This document shows, piece after piece, positions 27,926 to 36,451 of a DNA stretch of 64,000 bases (positions are counted from its first letter, which is position 1; each line of letters starts with the position of its first letter). Source of the stretch: Pseudomonadota bacterium (GTDB lineage Bacteria; Pseudomonadota; Alphaproteobacteria; Rhodobacterales; Rhodobacteraceae); contig JBCBBI010000016.1 in NCBI GenBank assembly GCA_038531775.1, positions 8,662 to 72,661 on the forward strand. Direction: 5' to 3'. A program made the position numbers and the translations under genes. The notes under the pieces were generated by a model, which did not search any database, was not told the DNA's origin, and saw only the letters and a list, made by a program, of their open reading frames with translations.

Positions 27926-29095
27926 CTACGGAGAGCAGGCTGTTGTGTCTGCTCCGATTGCCGTCAGTGCCGAACACGCATCAAGAACGCGCGTTTCGTT
28001 CTTGATGTCAACAGCGTCAGACAAAGCCTGGCCAACATCTGTTCTCGAAAGGCTGGAATTCTCAGCTAGCAGCAATGCTACTATACCCGTCACGTGAGCC
28101 GTGGCAATAGAAGAGCCCGACGCGAAACGGTGGCGCTCTCCTGGCGCCGTGGTGATAACATCTCGCATTGGCGCCGGTATACGATCCGAGCGACCCAAAC
28201 CGGCCGCTATGACACCGGACATAGAAGCTGGAAAGGCGTTACGGTTTCGTCCTTCACCGGAAGCCGCAATCACGATCATTTCCTTGGCAAGCGCGGCTTC
28301 GATTAACTCCCTTAAAAGAGGGTCTTCTGTTCCACCAATACTTAGGTTGAGCACATCTACATCGTTTAGGATTGCAAAGTTTATGGCGCGCGCGAGCGAA
28401 AAGCTATTACAGCGACCGATCTGACCTGCCGCTTGCCAACAAGCGCGGAGACCCAGAAGCCGCGCCTCTGGCGCGACGCCAACGATCCCCACGGCATTTC
28501 CAGCACTTGCCGCTATAACGCCCGCCACAGCCGTGCCATGCTCCTCCGCTGGGCGAGACGGACCGGCAGCAACAAAATCATGGGCGCTGTCCATGCGGTC
28601 TTTGAGATCTTTGTGAGTGACATCAATGGCTGAGTCCACGACTCCAATCCGGATGCCTTCCCCAAGGGAGATCTGATGCGCTTTGGCCACATTGATTTCA
28701 TTGAGCGCGTTTTGCAGAGGATACAACGGATCGGTGTAAAACGCCTCAGTGGTTGTAAAGTCCTGAATCCGTTGTGCGGTTCGAATGCGGCTGTCTTTTT
28801 CCATTGCATCTATCAATGCTTGGATATCAGGCACCTTTGAGGCGTCAAACACAAAACAGTGTACACCGATGGCCTTGAGTGGCCACTCTGCAGCGAGAGG
28901 TACATCGTAGTCTCTTGAGATGTCTTTTGCTATCAGGGCGAGAGCGGCTGGATCATCGTCTGGCACCGTCAGGATGAGATACGTGTCTCCGCGTAGATTA
29001 TTGGCATCAACAAGGTTCCACTCAGGTGCTTTTGCACATGCAGAAAGGGTGAGGAACAACAGGGCTGCAAGGGTTCTGATCATGAAACCAATCAT
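27926..29095 (-). CDS. S8 (subtilase) serine peptidase, predicted lipoprotein
   Basis: Lipobox LSAC; triad VVDS, HGTAVAG, SGSSIA; usual oxyanion AAGN reads AASGE. Confidence 0.85.
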   Translation of the reverse strand: MIGFMIRTLAALLFLTLSACAKAPEWNLVDANNLRGDTYLILTVPDDDPAALALIAKDISRDYDVPLAAEWPLKAIGVHCFVFDASKVPDIQALIDAMEKDSRIRTAQRIQDFTTTEAFYTDPLYPLQNALNEINVAKAHQISLGEGIRIGVVDSAIDVTHKDLKDRMDSAHDFVAAGPSRPAEEHGTAVAGVIAASAGNAVGIVGVAPEARLLGLRACWQAAGQIGRCNSFSLARAINFAILNDVDVLNLSIGGTEDPLLRELIEAALAKEMIVIAASGEGRNRNAFPASMSGVIAAGLGRSDRIPAPMRDVITTAPGERHRFASGSSIATAHVTGIVALLLAENSSLSRTDVGQALSDAVDIKNETRVLDACSALTAIGADTTACSP

Positions 29096-29730
29096 GGCCC
29101 TTCCGGTGCTGCGAAATCAACCTCTGGCAACGCCATCAATAGATCCGCTATGGCCATAGCGTCACCGTCTTTTGGCACGTTCACCGTGTAAATACCTGCA
29201 TCAGTTGGACCTGACAGGTTTGTGAGACCGTGTTCAGCAATAATAGCGTTCAATCTGTCGTCTTTTAATCCCGGCACAGGCTGAAATTTAATTACCGCCT
29301 CAGCCTGTTCTGCGGCAGTTGTTAGCGTGACAAAGCCATCCTCGCCCGGACCTCCAAACTGTACCACCACAAACAGACAAACCGCTGCTGTTAAGCCAGT
29401 TAAACCAAGCGCTCCAGCATTGCGACCAGCAAACCACCTACGCGGCTCGGATCGCGGTGCACGTGCCACAGTCTCTGTATCAAGCTGCGCACGTATTATT
29501 TCCCAACTGCGCACTCTTGCTTGCTCAACCGGTTCTTCAACAGCAACTTGGTCTGCCAAAAACCTCTGACGCTCGATTTCTGCCTGGCAAACTTCGCAGC
29601 TTGCGGCTTCACGTTCGAATTGCTGCACTTCAGCTTCGGGCAAGGAGCCGTTCACATACCATGGGATCATGTCCCAAACCTCGTCAGAGCATTGTCTGGC
29701 TAGGGGTGTTTGATCATCACGCAAATTCAT
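29092..29730 (-). CDS. Anti-sigma factor (zf-HC2-like N-terminus, TM, C-terminal alpha/beta domain)
   Basis: MIPWYVNGSL...EAASCEVC; TM ALGLTGLTAAVCLFVVV; overlaps both neighbouring genes. Confidence 0.8.
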   Translation of the reverse strand: MNLRDDQTPLARQCSDEVWDMIPWYVNGSLPEAEVQQFEREAASCEVCQAEIERQRFLADQVAVEEPVEQARVRSWEIIRAQLDTETVARAPRSEPRRWFAGRNAGALGLTGLTAAVCLFVVVQFGGPGEDGFVTLTTAAEQAEAVIKFQPVPGLKDDRLNAIIAEHGLTNLSGPTDAGIYTVNVPKDGDAMAIADLLMALPEVDFAAPEGP

Positions 29731-30319
29731 TTTGTGCACCCTTGCTGTAAGCCTCGTCCGACAACAGATCGCGCAACCTGTTGCGCGCCGTCATCATACG
29801 GGTCTTTACGGTCCCAACTGGACATTCCAAAATTTCGGCGATTTCTGTGTAAAGATAGCCATTGTAATACGTAAGCTCCACAACCGCGCGAAGCTCTGGT
29901 TTCAGTTGTTTAAGCGCTTTCGTCACGTCCTGTGCTATCGCCAACTGCTCTACATGATCTGCATCATCACTTATCAACGTTTCATCCAACTCAACGTCAC
30001 CTTTCCGCAGGCCAAGCTTTTGGCGCTGCTTCATCGACATGCGGTAGGCAATGCCAAAGATCCATGTTGATGGCTTAGAACGGCCTTCAAATCGATCGGC
30101 GGTGCGCCAAACCGTCATTAGAACATCGTTGGCAACTTCTTCCGCTGCTTCGTTGCTATCTGTAATCCGGCGGGCGAAATGCATTAGTTTCGGAAAATAC
30201 TTACGGTGAAGCTGCTCAAAAGCCGCAACATCGCCTGCCGCAACGGCGCGCAACAGGTCCCCATCACTCATGGTTGACGAAGATCGGGATGTTCCAAGGA
30301 TGGTCTTGAGCAATCGCAT
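29717..30319 (-). CDS. ECF sigma-70 factor
   Basis: Region 2 AEEVANDV...RFEGRSKPSTWIFGIAYR; region 4 YTEIAEILECPVGTVKTR. Confidence 0.92.
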   Translation of the reverse strand: MRLLKTILGTSRSSSTMSDGDLLRAVAAGDVAAFEQLHRKYFPKLMHFARRITDSNEAAEEVANDVLMTVWRTADRFEGRSKPSTWIFGIAYRMSMKQRQKLGLRKGDVELDETLISDDADHVEQLAIAQDVTKALKQLKPELRAVVELTYYNGYLYTEIAEILECPVGTVKTRMMTARNRLRDLLSDEAYSKGAQNEFA

Positions 30320-30348
30320 CGTGGAGAAGTCTCTTATTGGTTTGTGTT

Positions 30349-30377
30349 TGTGTGGCGCAGATCACGCAAAAGGTTCA
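30349..30377 (-). promoter_or_regulatory. Candidate ECF promoter TGAACC-N16-CCACACA
   Basis: Upstream of the ECF gene; same spacing as the motifs at 30616 and 60242. Confidence 0.45.
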
Positions 30378-30615
30378 GCGAACCTGAAAAATTTTTTGGT
30401 GTGCTTGTTTTTTGTAATGGAGTTCGTTTGAAGGATAGCATACGAAACCAATCGGCTAAATCAGATTTGATCACTTCGGCCTTCAGATCGCTGGAAATTA
30501 CCTCGTTCACCATTCAGTATTCAAAAGCGTATTTCTTTCGAGGCGGGTCGCGCGCTTGATTTCTGTAGCGAGCAGCGCGCGGCCGGAGGTGGGACAAATT
30601 CTTTTTCGATAACGA

Positions 30616-30644
30616 TGAACCTTCTGCCCATTCCTCAGCACTCA
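30616..30644 (+). promoter_or_regulatory. Candidate ECF promoter TGAACC-N16-GCACTCA
   Basis: Ends 54 bp upstream of the likely DMT start (ATG 30699). Confidence 0.35.
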
Positions 30645-30698
30645 CAAAAAGCATTGGTGGCTAGGCCATCCTTTAGACCGGCAAAGAAGAGTTCCAAA

Positions 30699-31745
30699 AT
30701 GACAAATGCAGTTGCAGCAACAAGCCCTGAGCGATCACACGTCCTTTACGGAGCGCTGCTCGTCTGGGCGGCAGTGTTCATATACGCTTCATCGAATTCC
30801 ATTGTCTCGGCCCTGGCTCATATCGGTTGGCAAAACAAGATTGACGGCCGCAACGCCATTTCCTTTTGCAACCTGCTTTTTCTTGGCTCGCTGATCTCTC
30901 TGGTGCCTATGTGGTTCATGTTTCGCAAAGACTGGACCCGCGAAAACCTAAGGAAGGTCAGTCGCAAGGATTGGGTCGTTCTCACGATCTCGGCCGGACT
31001 GTCCTCGGCGCTCACGCCATATCTTTTCTTTATTGCTCTGGACGCGACGAGCGTGACGAACGTGGTACTGGTAGGCCGCATTGAGCCGCCGCTATTCCTC
31101 TTGGCGACTGTAATCTTTCTAAAAGAGAAACTCGACGTCTGGGCGCTGATAGCCGGGCTCGTGGCTCTGGTAGGCGCTGTTGTCATGTTTGTTATGAACA
31201 GCGAAACCGGCTTCACTCTCGGCAAAGGTGAGATCGCTACAGTATTCGCAACACTGTCTTTTATCGCATCAACCCTGATCACGCGAGCGGGTCTGCAGGG
31301 GATACCGATGGGGATTTTCTCAATCTACCGCTGCGTGCTTGGCACAATAATTTTCTACTTTCTTGGACTTTACCTCTACGGACCCGGCCACTTTCAGGAT
31401 CTGCTGGAGCCTATCGTCCTGAAATGGGTCTGGGTCTACGCGATCGTCGTGATCCTGTGTGGTCAACTGGCATGGAACTTCGGGCTCAAGCATGCGAGGT
31501 CGGGAGATATCTCGTTGGCTACATCCTTTTCCCCGCTGGCAGCCATTGGCCTTGCGATGTTGATCCTGGGAGAAGAGCCTGGTCCGGGCCTAATCCCCGG
31601 AGGAGCGATTATTCTGATCGCCATTGGCATTGGTCAGTTCGCCCGTTTGCGCGCGCACGCTGCTGATCGGCTTGAAACCAAAAGTGAGCTGAAACCCGAA
31701 GAAACGTTAAAAGCGGAAGGCAAGATAAACTTTAAGGGGGCGTGA
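30699..31745 (+). CDS. DMT/EamA family transporter
   Basis: About 10 TM segments in two EamA repeats; AAGAAGAG before ATG 30699. Confidence 0.85.
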   Translation: MTNAVAATSPERSHVLYGALLVWAAVFIYASSNSIVSALAHIGWQNKIDGRNAISFCNLLFLGSLISLVPMWFMFRKDWTRENLRKVSRKDWVVLTISAGLSSALTPYLFFIALDATSVTNVVLVGRIEPPLFLLATVIFLKEKLDVWALIAGLVALVGAVVMFVMNSETGFTLGKGEIATVFATLSFIASTLITRAGLQGIPMGIFSIYRCVLGTIIFYFLGLYLYGPGHFQDLLEPIVLKWVWVYAIVVILCGQLAWNFGLKHARSGDISLATSFSPLAAIGLAMLILGEEPGPGLIPGGAIILIAIGIGQFARLRAHAADRLETKSELKPEETLKAEGKINFKGA

Positions 31746-32126
31746 TTTTCGGTCTCGATGATACAACCTTTGTCCCAATCCAAGCAGGGTACGCTATCGC
31801 CCGCCTTTATCAGATTTGCAAAAAACCAGCCTGTTTATGAAAATTTAGCGGGAATCCTACAACGCCACCTGATCGTCTGCGTGGAACGGTTCGTGATCAC
31901 CTGTAAAGCTTCCATGAGAAGCTTGGCCAATTTGTAAACAAGCGTTGCTGGCAAAACCAAGAAGGAATTGGATGGCTTGAAAGACAGCGTGGCCTTAGCA
32001 CAAAATCTGCCGCAGCAGAGCGGACGGCCGCCAGTAAGACCAAGTGGGACAAATCGCGATAAAATACTTGCCAAGAGAACTTGTTTTGATGACAACTTGT
32101 CGCACCAACAGAGATCGGGGGATTCT

Positions 32127-32333
32127 ATGCGGGGTTACTTAGTTGCTGAGACAGACGCATCTGGAAAAGTCGAGTGGGTTTGGGTTCGCCACAAAGGCCA
32201 AAGACTGGCCAGACCGGTCGACAGAAGCGCGTTCCAAGTATCCGACATTCGCGGTTTCGAAGTACATGGCGCGTCTGAATTGGCGGTGAGAAACTGGTTG
32301 GAACGTGACCAGACGGCGCTTTCGCAAAGATGA
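32127..32333 (+). CDS. Small hypothetical protein (68 aa)
   Basis: GGGGGA RBS before ATG; protein-like sequence; fills the gap ahead of the methyltransferase. Confidence 0.45.
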   Translation: MRGYLVAETDASGKVEWVWVRHKGQRLARPVDRSAFQVSDIRGFEVHGASELAVRNWLERDQTALSQR

Positions 32334-32369
32334 AAAGCGGTTTGCAATCAACTTCAGCGTGACGAACAT

Positions 32370-33074
32370 TTGCACAGCTATTCTTCCGTTTCGGCACGAC
32401 ATTACGCAGCTTACCGCCCACCTCTTCACCGACCCATTTTAGAAACGGCCCTACATCAGCGGCGTTTCGCGAAGGCGCTGGACGTAGGATGTGGCGTGGG
32501 ACACTCTTGCAAAGCCTTGTTGCCATTTTGTGACCGGGTGATCGGTCTTGATTCGAGCCTTCAGATGATTTCTTCTGCAGAAAAGCACCCCTGTATTTCC
32601 TATGTTTCAAGTCCTGCGGGAACGCTGCCTGCGCGCCAGGGTCCGTTTGATTTGGTGAGCTTGGCCGGTGTTCTGCCTTATCTTGATGTCGCGACCCTTG
32701 CTGACAAATTGAAACGGGTTTGCCGTAGGTCTGCGATGGTTTTGGTCTACGATTTCAAGATAGACCTTGATGGCATAGTCGCCGCTCTAAATCTGCCCCG
32801 TACGCCCTCAATGTACGATTATAACCATGCAACGAACCTGTCGGGGGCGGCTGGATATACAACGCTCGACGCCAAGTCCGAGCAGATTTCGTTTTCAGTG
32901 ACATCGCGAGAGCTTGCAAGCCTCTTGCTTGCGAATGAAGATCGGGCGCGGCGCATTGCCGGCTGTCTTGGTCAAGAAGACCCAACAAATGGGTTGGTCC
33001 TTCAAATTGACAAGAAAATCGCAGATTTGACGCTCTCTGCGACGACATGGTACGCGCTGCATCGGCAGGATTAA
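32370..33074 (+). CDS. Class I SAM-dependent methyltransferase
   Basis: YAAYRP, LDVGCGVG, IGLDSS, FDLV. Confidence 0.8.
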   Translation: MHSYSSVSARHYAAYRPPLHRPILETALHQRRFAKALDVGCGVGHSCKALLPFCDRVIGLDSSLQMISSAEKHPCISYVSSPAGTLPARQGPFDLVSLAGVLPYLDVATLADKLKRVCRRSAMVLVYDFKIDLDGIVAALNLPRTPSMYDYNHATNLSGAAGYTTLDAKSEQISFSVTSRELASLLLANEDRARRIAGCLGQEDPTNGLVLQIDKKIADLTLSATTWYALHRQD

Positions 33075-33143
33075 GGTAACTTTGGCATGTTGCGATTTAA
33101 ACTTTACTAGATTGCTCCCAAGTTTTTAACACACCATCCCGGA

Positions 33144-34091
33144 GTGCGACGCTTGAAAAAACTAAATGCACAGGACGGCTCTCATGCGTCCGCATTATGT
33201 TTTGGCTGCATGCAGTTTGGTGGCACTGCAGATGCCACTGACAGCCGTGCGATGTTTGACGCGTGCCGAGCCGTTGGTGTGAATGTCTTCGATACGGCTC
33301 ACACTTATACTCAAGGCGCATCGGAGCGATTGCTTGGGGATTTCGTGTCGCAAGATCGCGACCAACTGATCATCGCGACCAAGGCAGGCTACACAGGGGG
33401 CAGTGGACGCGAAACCATTCTCAGGCAATTCGATGAAAGCCGAACGCGTCTCAATCTCGATATGGTGGACATCCTCTATTTGCACCGATGGGACCCGGAC
33501 ACGCCATTGGAAGAAACCTTTGAGACCTTGTGTGCGCTGCAGCAATCGGGTGCCATTCGTCACATCGGTGTCTCTAATTTTGCGGCCTGGCAGGTGATGA
33601 AGGCACAGGCCATTGCGAAAGACTTGGGCACCCGGATTGATGTGCTGCAACCAATGTATTCTTTGGTCAAACGGCAGGCAGAGGTGGAGCTTTTTCCAAT
33701 GGCCATTTCCGAAGGTATCGCGGTCATGCCTTACTCGCCATTGGGAGGGGGGCTTTTGACAGGCAAGTACTTAGAAGGTGGTACTGGACGACTGTCTGAA
33801 GACGAGCGCTATGCGGCGCGCTATGGGCAATCGTGGATGCATGATGCCGCTAAAGAGCTGCTTGCCGTGTCTCAGGCAATGCGCACCGATGCTGCCACTT
33901 TGGCCGTGGCATGGGTGGCGCATCATCCCGCAGTGACCGCCCCGATCATCAGCGCGCGCACTGTTCATCAGCTCGGACCGTCACTTGCCGCTTTGGGCGT
34001 CGATCTATCGCCGCAAGACTATGCCGACCTGGAAGCTTTATCGCCGCGTCCGGCACCGGCGACTGATCGCCTCGAGGAGGCTTCAGGCTAG
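33144..34091 (+). CDS. Aldo/keto reductase
   Basis: FGCMQFG, FDTAHTY, ATK, YLHRWD, IGVSNF, YSPLGGGLLTGKY. Confidence 0.92.
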   Translation: MRRLKKLNAQDGSHASALCFGCMQFGGTADATDSRAMFDACRAVGVNVFDTAHTYTQGASERLLGDFVSQDRDQLIIATKAGYTGGSGRETILRQFDESRTRLNLDMVDILYLHRWDPDTPLEETFETLCALQQSGAIRHIGVSNFAAWQVMKAQAIAKDLGTRIDVLQPMYSLVKRQAEVELFPMAISEGIAVMPYSPLGGGLLTGKYLEGGTGRLSEDERYAARYGQSWMHDAAKELLAVSQAMRTDAATLAVAWVAHHPAVTAPIISARTVHQLGPSLAALGVDLSPQDYADLEALSPRPAPATDRLEEASG

Positions 34092-34381
34092 GCCGGTCCC
34101 AATCTGTTGCTTTCCCAGTGGTCACCCATGGCGACAATACAAGATGTCCCGTTGGCGTAGTTTTGCACGATAATCCACTCTCTGCTTTTCTTCGCCACCC
34201 AAACTTCGAGCATGGTTTCGCGATCACGAAAGCCCATGCCTTGACGCTCCGCTCTCATGACATTCTTTAGAGTGTTGGTCATGCGAGCGCTGTCATCACA
34301 ACTGACATCGGCCAATTGGGCGTGACTGGTCGTGCTGATGGAGCATGCAGAAACGAGCGGAAGGAGGTAACGGATCAACAT
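34088..34381 (-). CDS. Small secreted hypothetical protein
   Basis: Signal-peptide-like N-terminus (SHA-Q); two Cys in the mature part; EVWV...WIIV...NGTSCIV. Confidence 0.6.
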   Translation of the reverse strand: MLIRYLLPLVSACSISTTSHAQLADVSCDDSARMTNTLKNVMRAERQGMGFRDRETMLEVWVAKKSREWIIVQNYANGTSCIVAMGDHWESNRLGPA

Positions 34382-34507
34382 ATTATGCAAAGTAGCGCGA
34401 TCTCCGAGTGATTGTAACGGTTTTATGACAGCCTGTGGATAAAGTTTCGGCACTGTGATGCAAAGAACATGGACATATGCATTGACGCGTCAGCGACGTC
34501 ATTTTTC

Positions 34508-34525
34508 CGTTACGAAAACGTAACG
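34508..34525. promoter_or_regulatory. Perfect inverted repeat CGTTACG-AAAA-CGTAACG (operator-like)
   Basis: Read directly in the phnC upstream region. Confidence 0.4.
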
Positions 34526-34528
34526 ATT

Positions 34529-34557
34529 TTGAATCAAAACTGTCGCGCCACTGTCGT
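34529..34557 (+). promoter_or_regulatory. Pho-box-like 11-bp-periodic repeats
   Basis: TTGAATC-AAAA-CTGTCGC-GCCA-CTGTCGT resembles CTGTCAT-N4-CTGTCAT; 37 bp upstream of phnC. Confidence 0.5.
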
Positions 34558-34594
34558 TTTTGGGCCGTAAATCGCCGTGAAAACTGGGGGCCAT

Positions 34595-35404
34595 ATGCTG
34601 CATATTGAAGCGCTGACCAAGCGGTTCGGAGACAAGACCGCCGTTGACGCGGCCACCATCTCTGTCACTGAACCAAACATGATCGGCATCATCGGTCGTT
34701 CTGGGGCCGGTAAATCCACCCTTCTGCGCATGCTAAATAGGCTAAGTGATGCGTCTGAGGGTTCCATCTGTTTTGAGGGTCAAGACATAACCGCTTTGAA
34801 GGGTCCTGCAAAGCGCAGATGGCAATCGCGCTGCGCGATGATCTTTCAACAATTCAATCTTGTCCCGCGAATGGATGTGGTATCGAACGTTCTGCATGGT
34901 ACGTTGAACAAGCGCTCTACCTTTGCGACTTTGTTCAATCTTTACCCGCAGTCGGACATCCATAAAGCCATCGAAATTCTCGACCGGCTTGGGATCGCGG
35001 AACAAGCGCCCAAGCGGGCCGAAGCGCTTTCGGGCGGGCAGCAGCAGCGCGTCGCGATTGCACGCGCGTTGATGCAAGACCCTAAGATCATTCTGGCCGA
35101 TGAACCCATCGCCTCGCTTGATCCTATGAACGCGCAGGTGGTGATGCAGTCTCTGCGCCGGATCCATGAAGAAGATGGGCGCATGGTGATCGCCAATCTG
35201 CACACACTCGATACAGCGCGCCGATACTGTGACCGCGTGATCGGGATGCGCGACGGCAGGATCGTCTTTGACGGCACTCCTCAACAGCTGACCACCGGAG
35301 CGGCGCGCGACATCTACGGTGCGGGAGCGGATTTTTCCGAGGCGGCCACGTCAACCGAAATCGAAACGCTGGACAGGTCCAACGTGGAGAAAACTTACGC
35401 CTGA
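34595..35404 (+). CDS. phnC: Phosphonate ABC transporter ATP-binding protein
   Basis: [37 protein letters not shown]. Confidence 0.95.
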   Translation: MLHIEALTKRFGDKTAVDAATISVTEPNMIGIIGRSGAGKSTLLRMLNRLSDASEGSICFEGQDITALKGPAKRRWQSRCAMIFQQFNLVPRMDVVSNVLHGTLNKRSTFATLFNLYPQSDIHKAIEILDRLGIAEQAPKRAEALSGGQQQRVAIARALMQDPKIILADEPIASLDPMNAQVVMQSLRRIHEEDGRMVIANLHTLDTARRYCDRVIGMRDGRIVFDGTPQQLTTGAARDIYGAGADFSEAATSTEIETLDRSNVEKTYA

Positions 35405-35475
35405 GCCAGTTTCACACCCCGCGCCAAAACGAACAAGACGCGGGCCACCTTCATCAAACCCAATGGAGACGACAG

Positions 35476-36387
35476 ATGAAAAAGACCCTAGTTTTGGCGC
35501 TTGCCGCCACCACGGCGTTGAGCACAGGCGCATTCGCTGAAGAGATCTCAGAGTTCCGCATCGGTATTCTGGGCGGTGAAAACGCGCAAGACAGGATGAA
35601 TTCTTACCAGTGTTTGGCCGACTATACGTCAGAGGCACTCGGCGTTGAAACCAAACTTTTTGCTCCAGCTGACTATAACGGCGTGATTCAGGGCCTATTG
35701 GGCGGCACGATAGATATGGCATGGCTTGGCGCGTCCTCTTATGCGGCCACATATCTACAGGACCCCGAAGCGGTTGAGCCTGTGCTGATTAAGGTTAATG
35801 TGGATGGCTCCATTGGCTATCACTCCATCGGTTTCGCCCGCAAGGATAGCGGTATAGCCAACCTCGATGACATGGAAGGCAAGGTGTTTGGTTTTGGTGA
35901 TCCGAACTCCACGTCCGGCTATCTGATCCCCTCCATTGAGATCCCGCAATACAAGGACGGTGTGACCATGGAGTCCGGCGAATATTTTGCTGACGTGAAG
36001 TTCACCGGCGGCCATGAACAGACCATCGTTGCGGTCAACAATGGTGACATCGACGGGGGTGTTACTTGGGCCGATGGTCAGGGCAACTGGGAAGATGGCT
36101 ACAATTCCGGCGCGCTGCGCAAAGCTGTGGATGCGGGTCTCGTAGACATGAACGACATGGTCCAGATCTGGAAGTCGGCCGTTATCCCCGAAGGCCCGGT
36201 TGTGCTGCGCAAAGCGCTGCCTGCAGATGTGCGCGAAACCATGACTGAGTTGGTGGACGGCCTGCACGAACGTGACGCCGATTGCGCGTACGGTGTTGCG
36301 GCCGGTGACACACTGGGCTTCCAGCCGGTGACGCATGACACTTACATCTCCATCGTCGAGGCGCGCAAAGCTAAGATTGGTGGCTAA
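35476..36387 (+). CDS. phnD: Phosphonate ABC transporter substrate-binding protein
   Basis: Signal peptide; DYNGVIQG, DPNSTSGYLIP, GGHEQ; operon context. Confidence 0.95.
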   Translation: MKKTLVLALAATTALSTGAFAEEISEFRIGILGGENAQDRMNSYQCLADYTSEALGVETKLFAPADYNGVIQGLLGGTIDMAWLGASSYAATYLQDPEAVEPVLIKVNVDGSIGYHSIGFARKDSGIANLDDMEGKVFGFGDPNSTSGYLIPSIEIPQYKDGVTMESGEYFADVKFTGGHEQTIVAVNNGDIDGGVTWADGQGNWEDGYNSGALRKAVDAGLVDMNDMVQIWKSAVIPEGPVVLRKALPADVRETMTELVDGLHERDADCAYGVAAGDTLGFQPVTHDTYISIVEARKAKIGG

Positions 36388-36405
36388 GCCATTTTTATGA
36401 CGCAG

Positions 36406-36435
36406 CCGGTAGCCCTTCTGGGCTGCCGGTTTTTT
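36406..36435 (+). terminator. Intrinsic terminator / attenuating hairpin after phnD
   Basis: CCGGTAGCCC-TTCT-GGGCTGCCGG-TTTTTT. Confidence 0.7.
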
Positions 36436-36451
36436 ACGACCTGGGGGCAGG

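Noticed and set aside
32125-32610. 161-aa minus-strand ORF
   Set aside because: Overlaps two better-supported plus-strand genes and has no recognisable motif
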